The notes beneath the pieces are model-generated. The model searched no databases. It saw only the letters and a list, made by a program, of their open reading frames with translations, and had not been told where the DNA came from. The position numbers were made by a program, and so were the translations under genes. Positions 1 to 9,099 of a stretch of 64,000 bases of DNA are shown here, in pieces; position 1 is the first letter of the stretch; each line of letters opens with the position of its first letter. The stretch comes from Mantamonas sphyraenae STR306 (lineage: Eukaryota > Protista > CRuMs), in assembly GCA_026936335.1 (NCBI GenBank), contig JAPMXV010000034.1, positions 186,001-250,000 of the forward strand, in the 5' to 3' direction.

Positions 1-837
1 GAGTTGGAGGAGCGGATGCTGGAGCAGGCACTGAAGCGAAGTCGAGTGGAAACGAGTGCGGCTGAGTGTTTGGTGGCCAGCAGCAGCTTGGAGGAAGAGG
101 AGGAGGGGGAGGAGAAGGAAGCCAAGGGGACGCCGAAGAAATCAAGCACAAAGCGGAAGCAGCCACGGGCCAAGAGGGGGGCAAAGACAAAGGGTGTCCT
201 GCGCACGCCGGTGAACAACAGAAACAATCATCGGCGTGTGATCAGCCAATACTTTGCGACGCCGCCGAGCTCGACCGCGAGTGAAACACCGGACAGTGGC
301 AGCGGTACAAGCGGAGGGACGTCAACGACGACGAGCACGAGCACGATGACGATGACGGTGACGAGTGCACGCGCGACGCTGGCACAAAAGTTTGAGGCCA
401 TGCTGGGGCCGCGTGCGTATGCAGGCAAGAAGGACGAGGGACTAGAGCGGTCAGCAAGCGAGACGAGCAGCGCAGGGAGCTCCAGCGCGTTTGCAGCGCC
501 GGGAAAGCAGGTGTCGGGTGGGCACGGGAGCGGGGATGGGCAGACGCCGAATGTGCGGCCGTCCTCGAATCCGGATCTGAAACCGGCGCTGCTGGACCTA
601 AGCAAGATGGAGTACAGGCGGTCGTCGTCGGTGACATCGATTTTTAGCTCGGGTGGGCGCTCGTCGTCGATGTCGAACCGGTCGATGGATGCGTTGGACG
701 AGTCGCGGCCGAGCGAGGAGGAGGACGCGCAAGGATCGCAGTCTCACTCGCAACGCAGTGTGAGTGAAGTGCACGCATTGATGGCGAGCAGCACTGCACG
801 TCGTAGCAAGCAGTTTTATGGGGAAGAGGAGGTGTAG
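1..837 (+). CDS. 3' part of a low-complexity Ser/Thr-rich protein with a possible ubiquitin-interacting motif (5'-truncated by the window edge)
   Basis: Open frame from the window start to TAG at 835-837. ELEERMLEQALKRSRVE resembles a UIM; the rest is low complexity. Confidence 0.55.
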   Translation, partial: ELEERMLEQALKRSRVETSAAECLVASSSLEEEEEGEEKEAKGTPKKSSTKRKQPRAKRGAKTKGVLRTPVNNRNNHRRVISQYFATPPSSTASETPDSGSGTSGGTSTTTSTSTMTMTVTSARATLAQKFEAMLGPRAYAGKKDEGLERSASETSSAGSSSAFAAPGKQVSGGHGSGDGQTPNVRPSSNPDLKPALLDLSKMEYRRSSSVTSIFSSGGRSSSMSNRSMDALDESRPSEEEDAQGSQSHSQRSVSEVHALMASSTARRSKQFYGEEEV

Positions 838-925
838 TGCGGCGAGGAGCACTGCACGTCGGGCAAGTGGTTTAATGGGGAAGAGGAGGTGTAGTGTGGC
901 GAGCAGCAGCAATGCAGCAGTGCGT
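783..925 (+). repeat. About 57-bp imperfect tandem duplication (about 2.4 copies) spanning the stop codon
   Basis: GCGAG(C/G)AGCACTGCACGTCG...TGGGGAAGAGGAGGTGTAGTG occurs twice, followed by a partial third copy. Confidence 0.75.
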
Positions 926-947
926 GGATTCAACAATGTTTCATTTG

Positions 948-2330
948 TCATTGAGTCTCGTCGGCGTCGTCGCTCGGCTGTGTCTTTGCCTTCTTCTTGG
1001 TGGGGCGCACAAGGAGAAGGACCATGCCGCTGGAAAGCTGGGCAACGTCGTCGAGAGAGACCTCGTCTTCGTCGAGGACGTCGATAAACTGCTTCTTGCC
1101 GCGGAGGTTGAACTTGGCCGAGGCGAGGGAGAGGAGATCCCGGACAGAGTCTGGGCGTTCGTTCACACGCAGCAAGCGCTCCTTGGCCCCCTGGCCGTGG
1201 ATGCGCAGCTTAAAGTGCATCTGACCGCGACGATAGGATTCCTGTTCGCGAATAGGGTTGCGCTTGGCGGAGAACAGGGCCTTGCCGTTGACGTAGCGTG
1301 GCGTGGAAGCGGTTTCGGAGGTGGTGGACGTCTCTGGCACGTCGACGTCGACGACTTGTGCGTATTGGTCGTCGTTGCTGTACATGGATTGTGCGGTGGT
1401 CGGGGTGTGCTCGTCGTCGTGTTGCTCCTCTTCCTCCTCCTCCTCCTCCTCATCGTCATCGTCATCATCCTCGTACTCCTCCTCACGGGCAAAGTAGTCT
1501 GGGTTCTGATGGATGTAGCCTGTGCCGTAGCGCTCCTCGTATTCGCGGAGAGACTTGTTGCTGCTGAGGTTCTTGGCCTTGATCTTCCAATGGGCATCCT
1601 GGTTGAGCCTGAGGGCAACATTCTTGGGCAGAAACTGTTGTTCCTCACGCACGACGCGGTCCATCTCGCTCTCGTGGATGACCATTTGCAGAGTGCGGTC
1701 CGAGTACATCTCTTCGGCGAGATGGGTTGTGCCGTCGCTAAACATCAGCTGATGCTCCTGGTAGTTGAGGCTGGGGTTAGCCCAAATGCCTTCGTCGACA
1801 AGTTGGACGTCGGCGGCGGTGTCTGCGTCGTCGTTGTCGTACGGCTCGTGGGGCTGGGGCTGGGAGCCACTCTCGGCGGCCTCCATGGCAGCAATGGCGG
1901 CAAGGATTTCCTCTGGCACGTCTTCGCCAAAGTCTTGTTCAAAGATGTCTGCCGGTTGGTGGACATGTTGGCCGCTGGGCCCATTTCCTCTGCGCTGGGC
2001 TTTCCCGGAAACGGCAGATTCGCCGAGAGCCGGAAAATCCTCGCTGTCGTGCAGCGGCAGAAGAGAGTCTGTTTGGGCCACGTCGTCGATGTCAGAGCCA
2101 GACGAGGGCTCATAATCGTCGAGGAGTGCACCGTCGTCGCTGTCGGATGCCTCGTAGCCACGCAGGCCATCGTGGGGATCGTCTGCACGCTCGAGCAGGG
2201 AGTCACCGACACGTGCGGGTGACTCTTGCAGCATACGCTGCATCGCTTGCCTCTCCTCCTCTTGCTGCAGCTCGAGAGCCAGGCGAAAGTCATCGTCCAT
2301 GGAATGGGACGGGGCGACGGTGGTCGTCAT
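948..2330 (-). CDS. Acidic hypothetical protein with an N-terminal UIM-like helix and a C-terminal ubiquitin-like (beta-grasp) domain
   Basis: 460-aa ORF. DDDFRLALELQQEEE is UIM-like; FKLRIHGQ...SVRDLLSLASAKFNL...LSSGMVLLLV has a beta-grasp pattern. Confidence 0.6.
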   Translation of the reverse strand: MTTTVAPSHSMDDDFRLALELQQEEERQAMQRMLQESPARVGDSLLERADDPHDGLRGYEASDSDDGALLDDYEPSSGSDIDDVAQTDSLLPLHDSEDFPALGESAVSGKAQRRGNGPSGQHVHQPADIFEQDFGEDVPEEILAAIAAMEAAESGSQPQPHEPYDNDDADTAADVQLVDEGIWANPSLNYQEHQLMFSDGTTHLAEEMYSDRTLQMVIHESEMDRVVREEQQFLPKNVALRLNQDAHWKIKAKNLSSNKSLREYEERYGTGYIHQNPDYFAREEEYEDDDDDDEEEEEEEEEQHDDEHTPTTAQSMYSNDDQYAQVVDVDVPETSTTSETASTPRYVNGKALFSAKRNPIREQESYRRGQMHFKLRIHGQGAKERLLRVNERPDSVRDLLSLASAKFNLRGKKQFIDVLDEDEVSLDDVAQLSSGMVLLLVRPTKKKAKTQPSDDADETQ

Positions 2331-2408
2331 GGTGTTTGAGTTGGTGGGGCAGGTGGGGGGGGGGGAGGGGATGTTTGTATTGCTGGTGATGATGATGATT
2401 GGTTCACA

Positions 2409-2699
2409 CTACAAAGAGGATGAGGGGGAAGAGGTGGTGGTGGTGGTGGTGGTGGTGGAGCGGGAGTCGGTGTCGTCGGAGAAGAACTCGGCGTGGGCGA
2501 GCATGCAATTGGAGACGGCGACAAAGTGAGATCTGCAGGCTGTGGGATCGAGGGAGGCATGTTGGTCGGAAGGTGTGTTTGCCTTGAGATCCTTCCAGCA
2601 CTGAAAGGCGCCGCGGAACTGGTTTGCGCAGGGTGAATTGCGCAAGGAGTCGAGGCAGGGACAGTCCCAGTCGATGTCGTCGTCGTCGAGGTGTTCCAT
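2409..2699 (-). CDS. MIA40: Mia40/CHCHD4-like mitochondrial intermembrane-space oxidoreductase (minimal, 96 aa)
   Basis: IDWDCPCL catalytic CPC motif followed by twin CX9C (CANQFRGAFQC, CRSHFVAVSNC); ATG at 2699. Confidence 0.85.
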   Translation of the reverse strand: MEHLDDDDIDWDCPCLDSLRNSPCANQFRGAFQCWKDLKANTPSDQHASLDPTACRSHFVAVSNCMLAHAEFFSDDTDSRSTTTTTTTTSSPSSSL

Positions 2700-3042
2700 G
2701 GGTGGAGAAGGGAAGCAGGTGGAGGCGGAGGAACGGGTGAGGGGGTGACGAGGGAGGGGAGGGGGAGAGTTTGGAGTGTGGGTTTTGCTCTGGCCGAGCC
2801 AAGGCACAGGTCAATGTGAGTGTGTAGAGAGAGCGCGATGGCAACATGTGGGAAGGGGGGGGGGGGGAAGAGGAGATGAGAGGGAATGATGCGAGGAGAG
2901 GTGGAGTGAGAGAGTGAGATGGGTGGACGCTGACGCGGTGGGTTGCGACCGAAATAGGAAGAACTTTTGGAAACGGAGCCCGAACGCTCCGCCAGCGGCT
3001 TCGGGATCGTCGCCGCGACGGAACAACTGGGCGACGTCTGCG

Positions 3043-5829
3043 ATGCCCGGGCGAGTGTCGGAGGAGGTTGCGAGCGCGTCTGGGTCGAATGGACACACGG
3101 GAAGCAGCCGTGGAGGAGGAGGAGGAGGCGGAGGAGGGGCGAACAGCACAGCGACGACGCTGGCGTCGCCTCAGAGCAGCTATGCAGGCGTGTTGGACAT
3201 CACGCCGTTCTTTGATGTGATCAAAGTGGACGACGTGACGCAGTTGTACCATCTGCTGTCGTCTGTGCCACGTACGTGTGTGTGTGTGTGGAGAGAGAGA
3301 GAGCGCGAGAGTGGTTGCTGACGCGGTCGTGACCTTGCAGCCTCATCCCTCTCGCAGACGCTGAGCCAGAAGAACAACGGCTGGTCGATGCTGGCATGGG
3401 CGGCACACAACGGAGCCACAGACTGTGTGGACTACTTGATCAAGCTGGGAGTCAACCCGAACCACACAATCGGTTCGACGCGGTTGTCACCGGTTCACAT
3501 TGCGTGCTTCAACGGACACGCCGAGGCGCTGCGGGCGCTGCTGGAAAACAACCCCGATCCACAGCCGGATCAGCGAGACGCAGACGACGCCACACCTTTG
3601 ATCTATGCGGTGCGCAACAAGTTTGTGCCGTGCATCACCATCCTTCTGGAGGCAGGGGCCGACCCGTTCTTGCTGGACGGCGAGGGATTCTCGCCGATAC
3701 ACTACGCCGCATACGAAAACTACACGGACGCAGTGCATGCGTTGTTGACGGCGTATCCGGACCTTGTGCATGCGCAGGACTCGTCTGGGCAGACGCCGTT
3801 GTTTGCGGCGGCGATCAACGGGGCGGCGGAGGCGATTGAGCTGCTGGTGCAATGTGGGGCCGATCCTGCGTACGCGGCACCGTCGGACGGCAAGACGCCG
3901 TTGCACCAGGCGGCGTACTGCTGGCAATTGGAAGCATTGGAGGCGCTGGGAGGGTTCCGGTCGGATTTGCGAGACGAGCAGGGGCGGGATCTGCTGCACC
4001 ACGCAGTGATGAGCAAACAGTGGCAGCGGCCCAAGGCGACGGAACACGACATCCAAACGAATCGGAGGGGCCACGCAATGATTTCTGTGCTGTTGCAGGC
4101 CGGGGCGATCGTGGAGACGCTGGACGACTCGCTGTGGTCGCCGCTGCACTGGTGTATCTCACACAAGCGCAACGACCTGGCGTCGATTCTGATCCAGGCG
4201 AGCGGGGACCTGGACTTTCGCGGGGCAGACTCTGCGACGGCGCTGCATCTTGCGGCGGCGTCGGGCAACTCGGACTGCGTGTACTGGCTGGCCGAGGCCG
4301 GGGCGGCGGTGCATGCAGTGGACGCGAACGGGTACACGCCGCTGCACTATGCTGCGTACATCAACATGGAGGAGCATGCGACGCTGGAGGAGGACATGAT
4401 CTACTCGTGCACAATCATGCTGCACGAGGGAGCCAACATCAACGTGAAGAACCAAATGAGCGGAGAGACGCCGCTGCACATGGCCGCACGAGGAGGATCG
4501 TTGGAATGCCTGCGGTTGCTTCTGAAGAAGGGGGCGTCGATCACAGCGCAGGACCACCACGGACGGACGCCGCTGGAGTATGCGCAGGCCATGGGCCACG
4601 GGGAGGCGGAACGGCTGTTGCACACTCACATGCAACAGTACAGGCTGCTGACACCGGAGAGCGGACGCGGCACGGGCGAGTCGAACAAGAGCAGTGCGTC
4701 TGCGGCGTCGATTCTGAGCGACGTGGCGTCGGAGGCGACGCTGACACCGGAGAGCGGATACTACTCGGACGACTCGATTGGAGAGCGAGAATTGGAAGAG
4801 GCGGCTGTGTGTACGGCAGACGGGCTGGGTTTGTACCATGCGACGGCGGGAAGCAAGGCGTTTTTCGTGATTACGCACCCGCAGCCGAGCCTGGAGGACG
4901 AGCCGGACTTTCGAGGGTACATGCGGCTGTACAAAGGGGATGGCAAGACGACGGGGAGTGGTGGCGGAGGAGGCGGGGGCATGAGCAGCAGTGGAGGGTC
5001 GAGCAGCAGCGGGAGCGGGAGTGGGAGTGGAGCGGCGATGCTGGGGGCACCGTCGACGACGCAGAGGATGCGGAGTGCCATGGTGCCATTGCAGGTGGAA
5101 CAGGTGGAGATGGGAGAGTATGCAGTGTCGTACGTGCCGGAGCTGGCCGGATCGGGGGAGTTTCACGTGCTGATTGGAAACACACACATTGTGGGGTCTC
5201 CGTTTCAGATCAAAGTGCTGCCGGGCAAGCGGAACGCACGGTTCTGCAGGGCGAGCGGGGACGGAGTGAAGCAAGCGACAGTGGGGGAGGTTGTGCGGTT
5301 TACGGTGAAGCTGTACGACCGGTTCAACAACAGGCTGGCGAGCAACGGCCTGGAAGCCGGCGAGTCGGACGGCCTGTCGTGTCGGTTCACACTGGTGGGG
5401 TCTGGAGACGGAGGGGTGGACGGCGATGCGCATCTGAACAAGCATGACCAGGCACGTGTGGCGGACCTGAAGCCGACTGTGGTGGACAAGAGCAACGGAT
5501 CGTACAGCGTGTACTACATGCCTCCTGTGCGAGGAGAGTATCTGTTGGATGTGTCGATTGATGGGATCCGCATCCGTGGGGCGCCGTTTTCTGTGCAGGT
5601 GTGGGATGTGCACGGCCCGACGGAGCAGGCGACGGCGAGCGTGAGCCGGAGCAGCTCGTTGGGAGGGGGTGGAAGCAGTGTGGAGCAGCAGACTGGGGAC
5701 GTGATTGAGGTGATGGAGAGCGTGCAGGGAGGGCAGGGAGGGCAGGCGGGGCAAGGTGTGCAGGGCAAGGCGTTGCCGCCGATGCCGAGGGCGTTGAGTG
5801 GAAGCGATGAGGTGAAGAATGCATGGTAA
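3043..5829 (+). CDS. Ankyrin-repeat protein with two C-terminal filamin/ABP280 Ig repeats (2 exons)
   Basis: Many TPLH/TPLF/TALH ankyrin motifs. Filamin motifs are TADGLGL...GEYAVSYVP...HIVGSPF and ASGDGV...NGSYSVYYMP...IRGAPF. A GT-AG intron at 3272-3340 (branch GCTGAC) joins the frames. Confidence 0.85.
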
Positions 5830-5856
5830 GGGTAGTGTATCCATTGAGTACAGTAT

Positions 5857-6888
5857 TTACAGTTTGGTGAGGAGGAGGCGATCGATGTGGGTTGGGTCGA
5901 GAGAGTCGAGGTTGTGGAACGAGGGGACCATGGAGGCGACGTCGAGGGCGCTGAGATGGATGTTGGGTTGCAGGTTGTCGACGAGGACAGAGACGGAGTC
6001 GATCCAGGCGCTGTCAAAGTCGCCTGTGCAGACGTGTAGGAGCTCGAGGGCTTGGGCAGCAACAGGGCTGGATGGGCAGGCCTTGGCCAGGAGGGAGGCG
6101 AGGGGAGAGCGGTCGACGCCACGGCGGATCCTGTCGTGAAAGTCGTCGACGGCTTGTGAGTCGAGGAGGGTGGTGTGCCAGAGCCAGGCGCGGAGGATGG
6201 GCTGCAGGGGCACGTCCATGTCGTGTGCGAGCTCGGGGGCGTATTCCAGGAGAGCAATGGAGGCGTACTGTTGGACGTCTGCGATGTCCATGCCTGTGCG
6301 TTGGGCTTCGGCGTCCATGGCGGCGAGGAGGGCGTCGTGGACGGATTGCTGGTACTCGGTCTGGCCCTCGAGCCTGCCCAGAGCGAGCTGGGCGTCAACT
6401 TTGGCGTCGAGGGATTGTGATGCTTCGTAAGAGGCGTGTGTGAGCTGTGGCTTGGGCTTGTCCTGGGCGTAGGTGTCGAGAAAGGTGGAGCCGAGGGAGG
6501 CAAGCTCCGCGTCGGATTGAACCTGGGTCAGGACCAGGGCGGCGAGACTGTCCTGGAGACGGAGCCAGGCGTCGTTGGGAGCCAGCAGTGTGTTGTCCAG
6601 GCAGGCGTGGGCAAACGCACAGTGGGCAAGACATGCGTCGCGGCGTGCGTCTGCGTTTGCCCGTTGGGCATCGAGCCAGGCAGAGCTCAGGGGCCCCTGC
6701 GTCGAGTCGTCGAGGGTGGGGAGCAAGGAGGAGGCGGCGGCGGGAGGGGATTTGGCACTGGAGTCGACAAGGACGTGGTGCTGCTGCTGCTGCTGCTGGT
6801 GCTGGAGTGTGCTGTGGCCATCACCGCCGCCGTCGTCGTCGTCGTCGTCGTCGGGCCAAGACACGCGAAGGTGGAGGTCGGAGAACAT
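5857..6888 (-). CDS. Hypothetical helical protein (343 aa)
   Basis: Long ATG-initiated ORF with globular/helical composition, convergent with the ankyrin gene; no recognised family. Confidence 0.6.
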   Translation of the reverse strand: MFSDLHLRVSWPDDDDDDDGGGDGHSTLQHQQQQQQHHVLVDSSAKSPPAAASSLLPTLDDSTQGPLSSAWLDAQRANADARRDACLAHCAFAHACLDNTLLAPNDAWLRLQDSLAALVLTQVQSDAELASLGSTFLDTYAQDKPKPQLTHASYEASQSLDAKVDAQLALGRLEGQTEYQQSVHDALLAAMDAEAQRTGMDIADVQQYASIALLEYAPELAHDMDVPLQPILRAWLWHTTLLDSQAVDDFHDRIRRGVDRSPLASLLAKACPSSPVAAQALELLHVCTGDFDSAWIDSVSVLVDNLQPNIHLSALDVASMVPSFHNLDSLDPTHIDRLLLTKL

Positions 6889-7626
6889 TCAGGTTTTCTT
6901 GGTCATGTGGGCGAGGCCGGCGAGGGAGAGGGAAACGAGGGTGAAGATGGCGACGACAGAGGCGCGGGAGTGAGAGGAGCGTGTGGAACGGGATGAGGTG
7001 GTGGAGGGGCGGACGTTGTCGGAGGAGCGAGATTCAGGCTGCTGGGCAACGAGTTTGTCGGTGGTGGAGGAGTTGTGTGTGGTGTCTGTGTGTCGGTGGT
7101 TGTGATTGTGTGATTGTACAGAGAGCACGCGTGCGTTGTTGGCAGACGAGTCTGCGGTGTAGGAGCCTTTGGAGGCGGTGGTGCCTGCGGGAGAGGGAAA
7201 CTCGTCAAAGATGATCTCTTTGCGGACCGACTCGACGACAGGGCGTCGCTCGGGTGTGTTGTGGACGGTGCGCGGGAGGTTGCGGTTGAAGTGTGGACGA
7301 GAGGAGGATGTGGTGTGGGAGGTGGAGTGGGAGGTGGTGCGGGACCGTGTGGAGGATGCGTCTAGATCGGCGCCGCGAAAGCCCGGGGAAGTGGGGCTGT
7401 GTGGAGACTTGAGGTGGCGTGGATGTGGCTGTGAACGGGTGTTGCTTCGCATGTGCACAGACACGCGTGTGGAGGATGAGTTGGGCTGTGCAGTTTTGCG
7501 GCGCGGGGTTGCGCCGAGGAAGTAGGACGGGGAGGACGGGGATGGGACGTAGGGTGGGTTTCCAGAGGAGGAGGTGGTGGTGGTGGTGGTAGATAAGGAG
7601 GAGGTGTGTGTGCGACGGGGGTGCAT
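6889..7626 (-). CDS. Putative tail-anchored Ser/Thr-rich protein
   Basis: ORF from MHPRRTHT; disordered body ending in hydrophobic VVAIFTLVSLSLAGLA plus a basic tail. Confidence 0.4.
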   Translation of the reverse strand: MHPRRTHTSSLSTTTTTTSSSGNPPYVPSPSSPSYFLGATPRRKTAQPNSSSTRVSVHMRSNTRSQPHPRHLKSPHSPTSPGFRGADLDASSTRSRTTSHSTSHTTSSSRPHFNRNLPRTVHNTPERRPVVESVRKEIIFDEFPSPAGTTASKGSYTADSSANNARVLSVQSHNHNHRHTDTTHNSSTTDKLVAQQPESRSSDNVRPSTTSSRSTRSSHSRASVVAIFTLVSLSLAGLAHMTKKT

Positions 7627-7646
7627 TGTGAATGTGTTGGGGCAGA

Positions 7647-9019
7647 CTACGGGCGCAGGTCGGAAGCTCGTACCCAGATGCTTGCGCTGCGGCCGCCGCG
7701 GGAGGAAGGGTGGACGACACTGCGGACGACGACAGTGCTGCCTTGGAGGCGTACGAGGCCACAGGCAGAGCTGCAGAGGGCGGTGCGGACGTTGTTTCGC
7801 CAGTTGGAATGGAGAGTGCGTTCGGGGACAACCTGTTTGACAAAGGTGAGGACGTCGCGGATGGTGGCACCGATGGCCACGGTGCGTTGAGGGGATGAGG
7901 CGCTTTTCCATGGGCGTTTGACGTTTTCGAATGCCCAGGAGGTGAGGTTTCGCCAGGTCATGGTGTGTGGGTCCATCGAGTTGCGGGGGTAGTAGACAGT
8001 GGATGGCGGGGATGGGGTGGAGGTGGTGGATGGGGAGGAGGAGGACGAGGAGGACGAGGAGGAGGAAGAGGAGCTGCTGCTGCTGCTGCTGCCAGGGCCA
8101 CTTTGGGAGTCGAGTGAGGCGCGGACGAATGCGTCGGCGTCTGGGAAGCGGGGCCGCTTGATGGAGACGGCAAGAGGCTTCGTTTCGGGGTCGTCGTTTT
8201 CGGGGTCGTCGTCGTCGGAAGCGGGTGGTCGTTTGCGTTTGCGAGTGGCATTTGCTTGCTGAGTACCCAGCATGCGTGTGACGGCGAGGGCGTAGGTACG
8301 CTGGAAGGAGCGCTCGGCAGCGGCGACAGGGGCCGCTGTGCTGTCAGAGTTGGAAGCACAGCCGGTGTACATGAAAAAGACCTGAAAGACAACGGCATGG
8401 GCGCCAATGTGGATGACACTGGGAGACGGAAGAGGCGCACGTCGTCCTGGTTCGGACAGGGACAGGGTCAGGTCGTTGTCGACATCTTGGAGGAGGAGGC
8501 CGTGACTGGAGTGGTTGACAACAAGGAAACATCGCCAATGGGGGTCGTAGTAGACCGTGGCGTGGATGCGGGAGGTGCGGATGTCGCCTGGGGGGGGTGT
8601 CAGGATTTTTACAACAACGTGCGGATTTCCTGATTTCGGAACTTGCCTACGCCGACCAGGACGTCGGCAGCCACGGGCCGCTGGCCACGGCCTAGAGTGG
8701 CGTGAGTGCGTTCCGCGAGGACATGGTGGTTGTCGTTGGAGTGGGAGAGCATGGCGTAGATGGGGTCCATGTGGGCTTCTGGGGTGTGAGGAGGAGGAAG
8801 TGGAGGAGGAGTTGTGTCAGGATTCGGAGGAGGGTGGGTGAAGGGGGGTTGGGGGGGGGGAAAGGGGAGTGTTCAAGAGGGTGGGTGTGGGAAGGGGGGT
8901 GTACCAGAGCGTGCGCGCAGGATGTCCTTGAGGACGTGTTGGGGGATTTGTGTGGCGGCTGCCTGGGCCGTGTGAATGAGTTGGTGGATGGAGGTGGATG
9001 AGGAGGATGAGCGGGACAT
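7647..9019 (-). CDS. FHA plus forkhead (winged-helix) transcription factor, Fkh1/FoxK-like architecture, 3 exons
   Basis: Exons 9019-8905, 8778-8647 and 8587-7647 splice in frame. FHA motifs TLGR...TSRIHATVYYD...NHSSHG; forkhead-like TWRNLTSWAF...TIRDVLTFV...NWRNNVRTALCSSAC. Confidence 0.7.
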
Positions 9020-9099
9020 GAGTTTTGTGTTGGTTGGGATGGTGGGAGGAGGAGGGAGTGGGGGAGGGAAGCGCAACTCAAGTTGTGTCCAGGGGTTCA

